A DNA stretch of 62,857 nucleotides, counting the filler, from Atractiella rhizophila (lineage: Eukaryota): the NCBI GenBank assembly GCA_021432655.1. It is 17 parts of 16 records of this genome, joined end to end, with 100 filler letters (N's around TTAATTAATTAA, not from the genome) between each part and the next. Parts side by side here need not be neighbours in the genome. Positions count along the whole stretch, not along the records: positions 30,825 to 35,078 come from MU272474.1; positions 35,179 to 36,966 come from MU272475.1; positions 37,067 to 41,287 come from MU272476.1; positions 41,388 to 45,591 come from MU272477.1; positions 45,692 to 49,881 come from MU272478.1; positions 49,982 to 54,165 come from MU272479.1; 11 more parts are not named here. One strand, 5' to 3'. The notes beneath the pieces were generated by a model, which was not told the DNA's origin, did no database searches, and saw only the letters and a program-made list of their open reading frames with translations. Of the stretch, positions 33,650 to 50,772 are shown one piece after another (the stretch's first letter is position 1; each line of letters starts with the position of its first letter). The position numbers were made by a program, and so were the translations under genes.

Positions 33650-34300
33650 TCAGTGTTTCCTCTTCAAGACCGAAAAGAACTCGAGGATCTTTATTAAAGA
33701 ATGTTTCTTGCAATGTACGTTCCCCAACCGCATATACATGTATTGATTTAACGACAGGAGAAATGTGAACTGGAGGAAAAGGCGGGGGTCTCGCCAATAA
33801 CACAGCAGATGAAAGGTACGCTAGCTACGCCGCTTTTTTTGATACTCACTCATGATTCTCGAGGAGAAGGCATCGTCTGGGAGCGAGATGACGGCGTGCC
33901 TATTCTAGGATCGCGAAGAGTGCGCAGAATTCTTCTGGCTGCCGTCTTTCCAGAATTTTACACCACTCAAGAGGTAGACGCCTTGCACAGTCTGTTGGAC
34001 GAAGAATGGACCGCAAGATGCCAATTTTTCGGACACGCGAACCCTGTCCCTGACGAAAACCGGCTCATGTGGGGATTTAAAGCAGGTTACTTTGAGTCCA
34101 TTCGATGGGCAGGTTCTCCTTCACATGATCCAATTGGTCTATCCCCGTGGTGGGCAGGTGGCATCATTTCAGGATTATTAAATGAAATGCCTCGAGAATT
34201 CAATATGCACGTTAACGTTTATGTGCAAGTCAAGGTGGTGGTTAATGTTATGACTGGATGGGGTGGAAAAATCAAATCACAGACTGTTGTACCAAGATGA
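33650..34300 (+). pseudogene. Spliced gene remnant of unknown function
   Basis: GTACGT...ACAG intron (about 33715-33758), a GTACGC donor near 33816 and an open frame to 34300. An upstream in-frame stop suggests decay. Confidence 0.3.
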
Positions 34301-35178
34301 CATCGTACACTGCGAATTGAAGTATGGGATTGATCTGGCCAAACTGGTTTCTAAAGCTGAAATGTCTTATCCAGAGACTCTTCAACCTCAATAGAGATTA
34401 ATTTGAACGCGAAAATGGATTCCTCAGTTCCTTGATGAAGGCGATGGCTATGCATGAAGAGATAACTATGACCACGTAGAAGATCGCCAGCCGGTCTGCG
34501 CGTAGTTGAACTAAGAGCTCATCGAAACCTCTAAAGCTCTTATGGGTGACAAAGACCAGCGGTGTGCCCTTGAACACAGAATGAATAAGACTAGTAACCA
34601 AGCTGAGGCGGCGCATCATTGGTCTTGGTCGCTTGAAGTTGAAGTTCGCGTATTCAAGTATGTGTGTATACCTGACCGTCAACAACTTGAATAAAAAAAG
34701 ACGTCCGCCGTCACTATATTTCGCGAACCGACTAGTAGTGCATCTGTGCTGTTTGGCTTCAACTACACGGGCAGTCATAATACACTCGCCGTGATGGCTT
34801 AGCATGTAACTTAGTAAGTGGATTGACTTTGCACCGGATAAATTAAGCATCCAATCCGACTCAACTCTTTTTCTTTCCATCTCTGCTTCCAGTGCGTGAC
34901 CCCAAAAAGAAAGGACGAGCGAGCATAACCAACAAATCATCAAGTCCTTCACGATGATAACCCCGGATGAGTAACACGCCAACTTGATTTTCCGTTGATG
35001 AAAATCACGGCAATCCTCTTATCCCCTCTTGCCCTCCCGTCTTTTATCCACGGCCAGCAGAATATTCAGACCTGCCTTNNNNNNNNNNNNNNNNNNNNNN
35101 NNNNNNNNNNNNNNNNNNNNNNTTAATTAATTAANNNNNNNNNNNNNNNNNNNNNNNNNNNNNNNNNNNNNNNNNNNN

Positions 35179-35714
35179 CCGATGGGCTCCCCGGCTACTA
35201 CGAGCCCTCTGGTCCTGCCCCGTTACCTGTTCAACCTACGATCGATCAACTGAGCGGCGGACGGAACGAAGTGTCGTGGCTGCCTGCGTGGATGAGAGGC
35301 GTGGGAGGGGGAACTGGGAGGTGGTGGAGGAGAGAGAAGCCTGAGAACCCCACGATACCGTTGCAGCACCAGGGCCAAGGAACGATGACCGATCATGGAT
35401 TACAAGACGGCGTGATGGTCGACCATCGTACTGGGGTCGTTAGTGTTGTGATGGAACCGCCGAGGTATACAAAGGACTTGCCGCTGTATGAAGAGGTCGC
35501 TTCCACCCCTCAGAACGTACCTACACACGTCATTGGGACGCCTGAGGAGGAAGAAGACCGAAGAGCGTCGACCAGTATGGCTGGAGGGACGAATGGGGCC
35601 GTGGAAGGGAGCGCAGATGCGGGTGCGGGTGCGGGTACGGAAGAGGAGGATAGGGAACGGGAGAGGGAGAGGAGGGAACTGGAAGATTACGAACGTCGAA
35701 CGAGGGGACTTTGA
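35179..35714 (+). CDS. C-terminal tail with PY motifs (possible Rsp5/Nedd4 adaptor), 5' truncated
   Basis: Frame is open from the contig start and contains LPGY, PPRY and LPLY motifs plus an acidic/Arg-rich end. Confidence 0.6.
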
Positions 35715-36584
35715 ACGACTTGGGATGTGGGTTGGATGTGGATGCCTGTCTGTGCTGACAAAAGGACTGGGGCGAATACGATACGGATGCTCCATGTTGC
35801 TTTGCGTTGTGAAACGTTTTCTTTGTTTGTCTTACCACCGCTTTGGTTCCGCTTCATAGCTGTATAACAGACATGCTCTCTCGATGTGTACGTTGGAATA
35901 TTTCGCAAGTAATAATGATGAAGCACGAGATTTCGGGAGTTGTTAATACATTAATTAGCTCGTGTTCGTACTACGATTCCACTAAGCGAATACAAACAGA
36001 AAGCACCGCACGGAGGGTATGGAACAACTGACACGACAAGAGGAAACAGATCCAGACCAGCATGGAGAGTGAGTGATAAGACTTCAAAAGGGGGGGGGAA
36101 TGATACACAAGGAAGATGTCCATTTAGAAAGTGAGGGAATTAAGCTGGTATTCGTGGTTGCGTGGCTTTCCTGTCCCAGGCGCTATCCCAATCCCTGCCC
36201 GTCAATGAACCAGTCAGTCATCTAGTCGGCACCTCTTTGAAAGTTACAGTTTCGGGAGATCAGACAGCATGAGGTTTAAAATACCCAACAGGAGGCGAAT
36301 GGGCGACGAAGGTCTTCTCAGAGTTCAAGATGATACAATTGAGTGCTCCCGCCGTCATCACAAACACATGCACAGCACACACGCTTGTAAAGCAAACTGA
36401 ATGAACGGGCCCAAGCATAAAGTGGTCAGGCCACTTCTGCTACCAGCAGTCACGACAGTTCATTCTAGAACGCTGAAATGAAAATATCTCGGACCCTAAG
36501 ATCTCATCCAGTTCCTTGCTTTATCAGCATCCTGGATCTTCGAAAATTCAGACTTTAGACTGTCAAGCATCGCAGTGCTATACC

Positions 36585-36966
36585 TCAAATGGACATGCAA
36601 AAGCACAGAGAATGAAAGCAGAAGAGCATTTCGAGATTCAGGACAAATAAGAGAACATACGGTGGCCTGTAACTTCCCGCTGACAGAGAATGAGAATGTC
36701 CCCTGCCATCCGTATTAGGGGGTGGGTACGAATGTCCGGAGGTTGCAGTTGTGGCTGCTGGTCCAGAACCTCCCATTCGTAAGACTTCTGTTCGCTTATT
36801 GAAGGATCTCTTGGTCTTGCGGCGTGTGTAGAAGATGAAGGCCACTGCCTGCATGACCACGCCAAATATCAGCATTGGAGATAGATTTACGAGAAGACTT
36901 GGAAAGATTTGGAGGAGTTGGAGGGCAGGAGACGCACTCCTAGAATGAGGGGTATCCCTACTCCCA
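36585..36966 (-). CDS. Fragment of a probable single-pass membrane protein (TM plus cytoplasmic tail)
   Basis: VGIPLILG, probable intron, then VVMQAVAFIFYTRRKTKR: a hydrophobic stretch followed by a basic stop-transfer cluster. Confidence 0.4.
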
Positions 36967-37066
36967 NNNNNNNNNNNNNNNNNNNNNNNNNNNNNNNNNN
37001 NNNNNNNNNNTTAATTAATTAANNNNNNNNNNNNNNNNNNNNNNNNNNNNNNNNNNNNNNNNNNNN

Positions 37067-41287
<4,221 letters not shown>

Positions 41288-41589
41288 NNNNNNNNNNNNN
41301 NNNNNNNNNNNNNNNNNNNNNNNNNNNNNNNTTAATTAATTAANNNNNNNNNNNNNNNNNNNNNNNNNNNNNNNNNNNNNNNNNNNNTGGACCTTATTCA
41401 ATCGTCATGTCTGCGCTTTCCTCCAACATCTTTGATCCCCCTGTCGTGAAGGCACTGTGCAAACAGGTGCTAGAGACCCACAATCAACAGAACGCTGGGA
41501 ATAAGAAGGGAAACTGGCTTGTGGACTGGGAAATAATGTGGACAAGTCAATCGGTCAATGATACAGTGGAGAAATGGAAGAAAATAAAA

Positions 41590-43450
41590 GTATTATAGGA
41601 GAAGAGGAGCAACTATTCTTTGCCAGGGATGGAGAGTATGTCTCTTGCCATCCGAGACCATGCGGGCAGCGAGGCAGTCGATTGAACCTTGTACCATTCG
41701 AAGATATTGACCGAAGCAGGGAGTTGTGGCTTCATGTAATGATCAACTTCTTGCATGGCTTCAAACTCCGCTGCACTTGCCCCGAGATCGTTGCGGTTGC
41801 CACAGTTGTCTTCGTCATCCGAATCTCAGCTCGCCCACCATATTGTCGATTTGTGACTCCAGCAGGTTGCTTGCAAAAATATTCTAGCAAGGATCGTGGA
41901 TCAGCATTGTTCTTATTTCTGCATTCATATGGGCTTTTTAAGACGACAGGATGAAGAGCTTCTGGAAATTCTGCGCTGATGTATCGCGCTGCTCCAAATT
42001 CTTTGATATCTCGGTCGTAGTTGTTTAACGAATGGATTTTGATAATTTTTGGAAACCTTCGGGGATGAACGTCTTTGAAAGAGTCAAGATTATCAAAGAA
42101 GATAGTTTCTCTGCTTGTAAGCCTTCAAAATCAGTGCTTTGGAAGATTCGGAGGCGTGCATAGAGAGTAACTCAATCGGAGCAGCCACCCACTTGGTAGC
42201 ATTTGCAGGGGTGAATGGCAGCTAAGAAAATGGATATAAGGGCATCCGAGTCTCTCCCAGTCCATCGCGTGAACGACCCACCGGTATAGAAGGCATGTAT
42301 CCCTGGAAAAGGCGGCCTTCTGAGACGAAGGCGGTGTTCCAGCTCACTATGCTGTTTGTATGTAATTTGACGCCATCAATACTCAAAGTGACAATATGTT
42401 GCTGCCAGGCACCTTTGATGATCTGGTGTAAAATATCGACACTAAGATATCATGAATATCAGTGAATTTAAGCTACTTGTGTACGGTAGAAGAGCGTGTA
42501 AACCAACATCACATCAGTCCCAACCTTCTCAAATAGCTTGTTCTCGCTGAATATTCTGTTCATAATGTAGATGTGGTCACGAGTGCTCGCTCATCTAGTG
42601 CTACAGGGCATCGGTCGCACTCTTTATCCAAAATCAAGGCAAGTGCTGCCTCCTCTTGGTAATCAGCGATGAAGAACAAGAATTGGATATATCAAAACCG
42701 ATCAGGACATCGTAGAAAGATACCCTTACACTCCAGAGGTTGGAGAGGTTCTGAAAGTGCAATACGAAGCGTAGCATGGAGAAGTTCATATGCAGAAAGT
42801 CAAAATCTCTTGGTGCTTTTCTCTCCTTCGGTAAAGACTGTTGTAGAGGTTGTAGAGGTGAGCACTTTGCTTTGGTAATGACGAATCTGCCTACATTGAG
42901 GAATAGGAAGAAGTTCCAGGAGCTTGAAATTGCGACTAGAATGTAGATAGCGAACTTCTTCATCGATATTTCCCAATGTAGTGTACAACGGTAGCAAGAA
43001 TCATTTCCTTTCTGGGCGGCAGCTAGTAATGCTTTGTCGGAGGCAACCAAACAATAGTTTCATGAGGGTTTCCAATGTCGGTCTAGTGTCAGTGCTCTAA
43101 TCAGGACATCTCTTGGAGGAACTGAATGAACAGCCACACCTGTGCTCTCCACCAGCGCTTTCTGAAGCCATCCGTGAGTATACTTCCTCTTCATGCTCAT
43201 CCTCATCGATATAAACCTGATACTGCATATGACCATCCAGGTGCTTTGAAGCAACGATGCATCCAAGAATTTTGGGTAACGGTCTCATTCGGAGGAAATA
43301 TGAACATGAAAGGTATGTAGGCAGCTCATCATGTTTGTCAGTCGTAAATGACATTGGTTCCGATGGTGAGAGTACGGTCTTCCCACTTCAAGTCATCCGT
43401 CCAAGAAATGTTTGACATGACATTCATTCCTTATTGTGACTTCTGAAAGG
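41590..43450 (-). mobile_element. Decayed Plavaka-type transposase
   Basis: Ordered motifs ASDKA, PLYTTLGNIDEEVR, FIADYQEEAAL, VDILHQIIKG, PPFPGIHAFYTGGSFTRWTGRDS and HSLNNYDRDIKEFG. Many stops and frameshifts; may extend upstream to about 44000. Confidence 0.8.
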
Positions 43451-44139
43451 TAGGAAGGTCGGCCCTCAGGCTCATCCTCAAACGTCTCAAGATATTCTTT
43501 GGTTCATGATTTGTTCCGGACTGTCCCAGACATGTTCATGATGATTTAGCAGTGTGAACATCGCTTCCACCATCCAACGGCCCTAAGGATTCCTGGAAAG
43601 CATTTCGTCCGCATCGTCTCCCTCTGGCTCTACGTCTTCTAGCACTAGACTTCCATCACTAAAGTACTTTACGCCTTCAACCCACAATACATTTCAACCC
43701 ACATCCGAAATTCTTAAATGTGGAACCTTACCTCCTGGTATGTACGTTAATTTTACAAGTTTAGGTCTCCAATCTAAGTTCTGTACATGTGCTAATCACA
43801 CCTGCTCTCTTTCGTTGTCCTCCTCTGAGTCTGAGTCCGACTCTAGAACTTCCTCATCATCCACTCCTCCTCCACCAGCTACCACTTCCAACTGAGGTAT
43901 CTCGTCCAACTCCCTCTCCTCCTCAGTCAGTGCTCTATCTTGCTCGAGACCATCCAGAGGAGGATGTGGTGAGGACGAGGCACAGAGAGACAAAAGTGGG
44001 ACTGAGAGGAGGAGAGATGCTGCTCCAAGAACGCGGGTGGACAGAATCTCTGAGGCAGGACTTGAAGAGGGTGTGTGGAAGGGAAGGTACAGGTTCATAC
44101 TGTCCTCACTCCAATTGTCAATGCTGACAATTGAGAATA

Positions 44140-45366
44140 GGTGCTTTATTTGAGATCGATGACTTGCTATGACCCGCAACTCTTCTTGCAGAAGCTGACA
44201 AGCCAGCAGGTGTCTTCTAACTGAATCATTAGCTATGCTAAGTGAAGGCACATGCGGTCAACAGCGACTCAGGTACCAAGATGCAGACAAGGATGGCCTG
44301 TTTGGACATGTCAGACCAGATGGGCCAGGAGGGACCAGAAAGACTTTTGTTGAAAACCTATTACTTGCAAGGGTACGTTCAGCGGGAAAATTGTGCTGGC
44401 AGTGGCCTCTTCTGGTATTGCCGCTATTCTGCTGGAAGGTGGACGAACAGCCCATACTCGCTTCTGGATCCCATTGGACATTGAAGCTAATTCCGTCTGT
44501 GTTACGGCTCAAAGTGATCACGGTCCACTTTGTCGCAGAATTGATAATTTTGGACGACGTGGGAATGAGTCATTGATGGTGCTTTAAAGTAGTTGACCAG
44601 ATGCTGAGAGATATAGGGAAGGTGGATGTACCTTTCGGTGGAGTTATTTTGTTTCTTGGTGGCTGGACTGAGTACCATAACACAAGATATCAACCCAGTC
44701 AAGTCGAGGTTCAAGAGTGCATGGTCCTTACAGCCCGGAATGTTGATGTTGACATGATAAACGATCAGCTTATTCAACAATTTATCTCCCGACAGGAACG
44801 TATCTACCTTAGTGCTAATCAATTGATGGACAACAGTGAGAACATTCAACAAGGCTTCACAGTTGAATAACTTAATACTCTCAATATGATGGGGCTCCCT
44901 CTTCATCGTCTTCATCTCAAAGTTGGAGCCTCTATCATTCTAATATGAAACCTCAATCCTTCAGCTGGGCTGTGTAATGGTCCACAGTTGATCATCACCC
45001 AGCTACTCTCACGTGTCATTGAGGCGACCATCATTACAGGTGCATTCACAATCACCTTAGTCCTCCTCATCCCCACGCATTGTATTGGATAGCAAGGTCT
45101 CCAATTCATTCCCCTTTACCTTACGCAGGTTTCAATTCCCTGTCAAATTGGCTTTCTGTCACATCATCAACAAGCATCAACAAGCATCAACAAGTCACAA
45201 GGCCAGTTAGTGGAGACTGTTGGATTGTATTTGGACACACCGGTTTTTGCACATGGAGAACTTTATGTAGGACTTTCTAGAGTTTCGAAGCTAAGAATCT
45301 TCGAGTTTATTTATACCAAGCGCATGGAATAGAGAATAAGAGGATGGAAAATATAGTGTACAGAGA
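44140..45366 (+). mobile_element. Decayed, internally deleted Helitron Pif1 helicase
   Basis: [42 protein letters not shown], then a jump to VLTARN and LHLKVGASIILI*NL. Closely similar to 618-1250; interrupted at 45367 by a hAT-like end. Confidence 0.88.
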
Positions 45367-45591
45367 TAGAGATGCCAATGAGTAGTACTTGTGAGTACAG
45401 GTACCCTTACTCACGAGTATCGATGAGCTTAGAGCCGGATTTGTAACTTGTTGTGACCTTTGACACAGGTACCCTTGTACTCGTGAGTACTACTCACTGG
45501 TACCCTTGTATTAACTTAGACTCTACTCATCAACAGTCTACTTACAGGTACCCTTGTATTAACTTAGACTCTACTCATCAACATAATTTTA
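45367..45591 (+). mobile_element. hAT-like transposon terminus inserted in Helitron helicase
   Basis: Starts TAGAGATGCCAATGAGTAGTAC exactly where similarity to the intact helicase copy (near 1246) stops. Contains a tandem duplication with 48-nt period (45499 and 45547). Confidence 0.7.
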
Positions 45592-46557
45592 NNNNNNNNN
45601 NNNNNNNNNNNNNNNNNNNNNNNNNNNNNNNNNNNTTAATTAATTAANNNNNNNNNNNNNNNNNNNNNNNNNNNNNNNNNNNNNNNNNNNNACAGCACAG
45701 GGAGCAGGATGATTGTTGGAGTATTGTGATAAGTCAGTATCCCCTCTTTCTAAGCCTTATCTCACAATGAGCATGACCTCTTCGAACTCTAGCCGGATAA
45801 CCTCACGAAGCGGCGGACTGGGGGGAAACGGAGCGAGCTTGCTAAGGAGATAAGACAAGTGAGTGTGGCCACAGTCAAAAGCGCTCAATTGCTGAGGCTT
45901 ATTCAGTTCCTTGAATTGCATCTGCCCCTCGTCCACCGTTGCTCACTCCCATGCCACATGCACACTAGCCGCCTAGTCTTTTCCATCGTAATCACTCCTC
46001 TCCCACTCCGAGACGCAGTCCATTCAGCCGATGCCGGACAACAAACCTCTTCCTTGATCTTGGATGGAAATTGGCGAGCAGACGGCATATATACAAAAAG
46101 AAGTGATTGTCAATCTCTTTATTGCTTTGACACAATAAAAACAATAAACCCGGTACCCATGTAAGTAGCTCAGTCATCATCCGACTCCAAGTTTGCGAGC
46201 AGGGTCATATGCTTCCAAGCAATCCCATATCTCTGCTGCCCAACAGCCCGCCGTGTGTTCTCCCAATCTTCCTCAAACTGTCCGCTCTCTTCCTCTTCTA
46301 TATCTTCTTCTTCCTCGGACTCTGAGTTTGCTTCTAACAGCTGCTCATCAATAGGAAAGATAGAAACAAGACCTTTAATTGTCCCAATGTCAATGAAGCG
46401 ATTCCTCCGAGGTGTCTTGTCAGAAAAGCAGCAGGAAAGCCACAAAAGCAATTAGAATACATTTCATTCATACTTAAGAGAAATAACTTTACCTGCAAAT
46501 GCGAGCTACAAAAGAGATGGGACTCGCACTGCAGGGGTCTTGCATATTTGTGAGAAA

Positions 46558-46838
46558 CAAGTGTATCAGCGGCCTTCGTCCCTCAGGACCCCAACCCACT
46601 CACAAGGGGCATGGCCCCTTGAACCCTACTGTAACTCATGTAAGGGTTCGAGTCCAGTATGGGACACATTTTTTCAGAATAAAATTTCTTTGCAGGTTCA
46701 GAAAGGAGCAAGCATATGGGTTATGATGGTATAATTCATTTCATTCTATTGTGCATGGCGTTGGAGGTATGAGGGCTCAAAAGTGCGTCTTATGACTCAC
46801 GCCAAGAAACCCAACACTCTTAGAAGAATAGATATCAC
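46558..46838 (-). mobile_element. Helitron 3' terminal region with hairpin, CTTG end and an opposite-strand B box
   Basis: Minus strand ends GCTGATACACTTG|T at 46558. Hairpin CAAGGGGC-ATG-GCCCCTTG near 46603-46621. Plus-strand GGTTCGAGTCC at 46645-46655 followed by TTTTTT. Confidence 0.65.
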
Positions 46839-48400
46839 TGTAGCCAGTCGCCGTTCCCTGAGCCAATTATCAAGCAATAGAAGAAGAAAAAGGGAAAGAG
46901 AAAAAGTCACAAGACCAGAATGTGAGAAATGGGAATGTGCAAATGTCCATCAAACTCCCCCTTGCATTCATATTTCATGCTATGTTTCGCTCATTTGTCA
47001 TCCCAATTTTACTCGTTGCTCCTTCCAGCTTCATCTTGCTTATTCCCTTAGTAAGGATATCTGCTGGAAGTCCCTTCGTATACATGTATTGAAGTTCAAT
47101 TTTTCGATTCGAGACACATTCGCGTGTATAGTGGAATGGGACATCAATATGTTTTATTCGTTGTCTGAAGATGAGTGTTGTTATTGTAGAACGTCATAAA
47201 TTATTTCGCTTTCAGAGCCTTTATATGCTTGTGGATACAACGTAGAATCTTCAAGAAAAGTAAGATAAGAAAAAACGCGAGAACTGATGGTAAAAAGGAA
47301 TGTTCTAGAATTGCCACTCAAGTGAGATGGCAGGATGAATCATGAACGACAACAATGAGGTTGTTGGGAGGTTGATGAGAACCAAGGTTGTTGCTGTAGA
47401 TAATGATGGGAGAAACCAGAGGGATTTGGAGATCTTTGAAGAGATTCCCGATCCACGATGCTTCTCTTGCGGCTGACGACAATGCAACGTATTCGGCCTC
47501 TGTTGATGACAATGTAACTAGAGACTGTTTCTTGCTCTTCCAAATCACCGCTCCTCCAGCACGCGTGAAGACCGGTCCTGAAATGGACCTTCGATCGTGG
47601 CTGGCAGCGAAATCGGAATCAGAATAGCCAACAAGGTCTTTCACCCCTGTTTCGTATGTGAGTTTTGCATCGCTAGTTCCCCGAAGATAGCGAAATAGTC
47701 GTTTCACGGCTTGCCAATGGTGTGGAGGAGGATTCTCGCTAAACTGTGCAGCTTGAGGCCAGCTAGGTCGATCAGATTTTGAGCAGGTGTTTGCAACTTG
47801 GCTCACCTTGAGCAGTTAAACTTATGACATTCGCAATACGCTGATAAATCCTTTGCTGATAGAGAGGAAGGGAGACGCGGTCCCAGAGGTGTCGCATTTC
47901 AAGCTCACGGCAGTCAAATGGTGAGATCGGTTGCTTTAGGTTCTGTCAGAATTACCATATTATTTGCTCTACATACGTCAGTCCCATAGTTTAACGGATG
48001 TTCTTGTTTTACTTGTGGTGAAAGAAAAGTGAAGGCGAAGTGATGACTCGGCAAGACTCCCACTCGGATAAATGATTTGCTTCCGTATGGGAGTCATGTT
48101 TCGGCGGGGGAACGTCCGAAAATTGGTGGGAGGGGAGGTGATTAGGATTTTGATTGTGCCTCGGCGAATCCAAGGGATGGACGGTTGCTGTGTAACGTGG
48201 TTTGATTGATGTAAAGTTTGCGATAAGAATGAGAGTTCAGGATTTTGATCCGAATTGTGACGGAAAGTGGATTTAGGATTTTGATCCAAGTTGTTGAAGA
48301 GATCCGAGGTGGGCTTGGATGGAACGAATCCAGGAAATGACTGAGGAAAGGGATTTTGATCCAAATTGAAGAGATCGGAGGCAGATTTTTATGCTGGATG
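46839..48400 (-). mobile_element. Ty1/copia remnant: RT end/RNase H, polypurine tract and possible short 3' LTR
   Basis: HWQAVKRLFRYLRGT, GYSDSDFAASHDRRSISG and WKSKKQSLVTLSSTEAEYVAL (47318-47806). PPT AAGGGGGAG at 46963-46955, then TG (46952)...CA (46839). Left part of the interval is weaker. Confidence 0.8.
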
Positions 48401-50460
48401 CAGAAAATGAGGCGTCATTATCAGGGACAAATTACGTGTGAGAGTTCAGGTGCCCTAGTAGTTACCACACGTGCGACCGGCCAAGAATAACTGTAGCTTA
48501 GCCTCCTGTGATTTCAGTCAGGATGCAAATGTTGATGATTGATGATATCCACATAACCTGACAGGAAAACTCAGCGTCCGAGATGTCGGGGACAGCTTCA
48601 CGATCTGGAATAGTGTCTGTCATTTTGTTGGGCGATGAGTTGCACCGTTGAGTTCTCTGAATGCGGGCAAGGGTGAAGGAAAGCGCGCTGTTGTTGTCAC
48701 TGATGTTGGGCCAGTGGCAAAAGGCCTGCATTACCTGTTTACAGATGCTTGTGGGAGAAGAATGACAGCTACAATTCGAATGTCAAAAGTGACGTCATAG
48801 GGGAGCAGACGTACCAGCGATGCGACACGCCATATCTTGGGAGGAGAGGAAGTAGACCAATTTGAAGGAAGCACATGGGAACATTGGTCTGCCTGGCGAA
48901 GTGAATCGGCTGGGTCGATCATCGTTAGTTTATCCCATCGATACATAGTGAGACGGGGGCAGTCACGTCGGACGCTGCTTCCTGTCATGGATGTGTCAGT
49001 GCAGAAGAGATTGAGTGAGATCGCCTGACCTGCTTGTGCAGCATGACCAAGACAATACAGAGAATACGATCTGCGACTGTCAACCCATCAAGATCCAGGG
49101 AAGTACCTACGTTCACGTCATTACACCCGTGAATGTGGAGGATACGGAAGCCTGACCACAGTCCGCTCCTTGCCTTGATTGCTTCAATATATCGAGCTTA
49201 ATTATACTGATGATACTGATGTCCATCGCTTCTAACTGAGCAGAACGAACATGCCAAACGGATCCTCTTCTCGGGCGATCAAAAGAATGATCAAAGAATA
49301 TCGTCGAAGGTCTGCAAAGCAATGCACCAAATAACCTCAGGAAGGATATCAGTTTGTAGAAAGCACAATTATCTAGGCAGCTAGGCGGCTTTTCATACCT
49401 GCCAACTATTCCAACGTTCCCAACCATATTTAGGATCGCAAGTCAGCGCCAGGCCCAAATGTTGCGCCGCAATCAGGCCAGGGCCTTGATCCACCGTTCC
49501 GTCAGCGGATCAATCTTAAAGGGAAGACTGCTTGCCCTAGGCGAAGGCAACAAAGCGAACATCCCCAGCCGTTCCTATGCTGTAAAAAGCTACTCGACGT
49601 GGAAGAGACAGCTGTACATGGCGTCAATGGGTTCCGTGCACCATGAATCAAGGGCTGGCGTTAGAAAGGGTGTCACGGTTTTGCCAGTTCCTTATGGCAT
49701 TCTCCTTCTATCGTAAAGACGGTTGGTAAGATTCTGAAACCTGTGAAACGAGCAGAGGACGGTTATGTATGAATAGCAAAAGTTTTAGCATGTTCAGAAA
49801 GCACGAAACAGAGCCGACTGACAAAGGTTTCGACTGGATTTTAGTTAATTAAAATGAAACGACTCGGACTTTAATCGACATNNNNNNNNNNNNNNNNNNN
49901 NNNNNNNNNNNNNNNNNNNNNNNNNTTAATTAATTAANNNNNNNNNNNNNNNNNNNNNNNNNNNNNNNNNNNNNNNNNNNNACAGGTTTTGACGGAATCC
50001 AAAACCGTGTACCAAGCCTAACCCATGCCAAGAAACCCAACGCTCTTAGAAGAATAGATGTTTACGTCGGAATTCTTTGCTCAGAACTTTGCTCTTTGAT
50101 TTCTTAAACTCATTCTGTACGTTATTTAGCTCAGTAAGCACAATATTACAAGACGCGAGGCTTAAACCCGTTACAACCCCGTTACGTGTTCCTTCGACGT
50201 GCGGCGCTCACCTTGGATGCCGCCTCAACACCCACAAGCCTTTGCTTGACGTGAAGAAGCTCACGTAGCATCCTCCACCCGTCACGTTACTGCCCATTGT
50301 GCATCCCTACTAACCGTGCACTGTTTTTAAGCGCTAGATTGGCAGTACATTCCACAGACAGTACACTAAAGGCACTGAATATTCAATTTACACATGAGCT
50401 CTGACTGCAACACTAACAGGGCAGCAGAAGCACAAAACTGGCACTGCTGCGAAGCCAAAA

Positions 50461-50562
50461 ATCGGCCCTAAACCATCTCTAAACCAGCACCGTTTTGAGT
50501 GCTAGTGCCTTGAGTGACTAGGCCTGGCCTGCACTGGTCCAGCCCTGCAAAGTTCCAGGGTG
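50461..50562 (-). repeat. Second copy of the YACCCTGGAA-terminated repeat
   Basis: Reverse complement of 13086-13182; probably extends left to about 50315. Confidence 0.65.
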
Positions 50563-50772
50563 CATGATCCGAGACACACGGCACCGCTTCCCCAATCTTC
50601 CAGAAGAGATACCATGCAAGCAAGCATAGGTAGACCTAGGTTAGCAGATGATATTCCAGATGGTGGGAATTCATATCAAGCAGAGCTAACCTGAGTCGGT
50701 CTTGTGCTCGTTTCTGCTCTTGCTTGCGCTCCTCCGTTCGATTTTCCATGGGTGCTGAATCTTGATGGAGGG

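Noticed and set aside
46170..46500. Acidic minus-strand ORF fragment, possibly a transposase C-terminus
   Set aside because: Too short and lacking motifs to assign.
49660..49710. MP*GTGKT Walker A-like peptide on the minus strand
   Set aside because: Interrupted by a stop, with no supporting helicase motifs recognised nearby.
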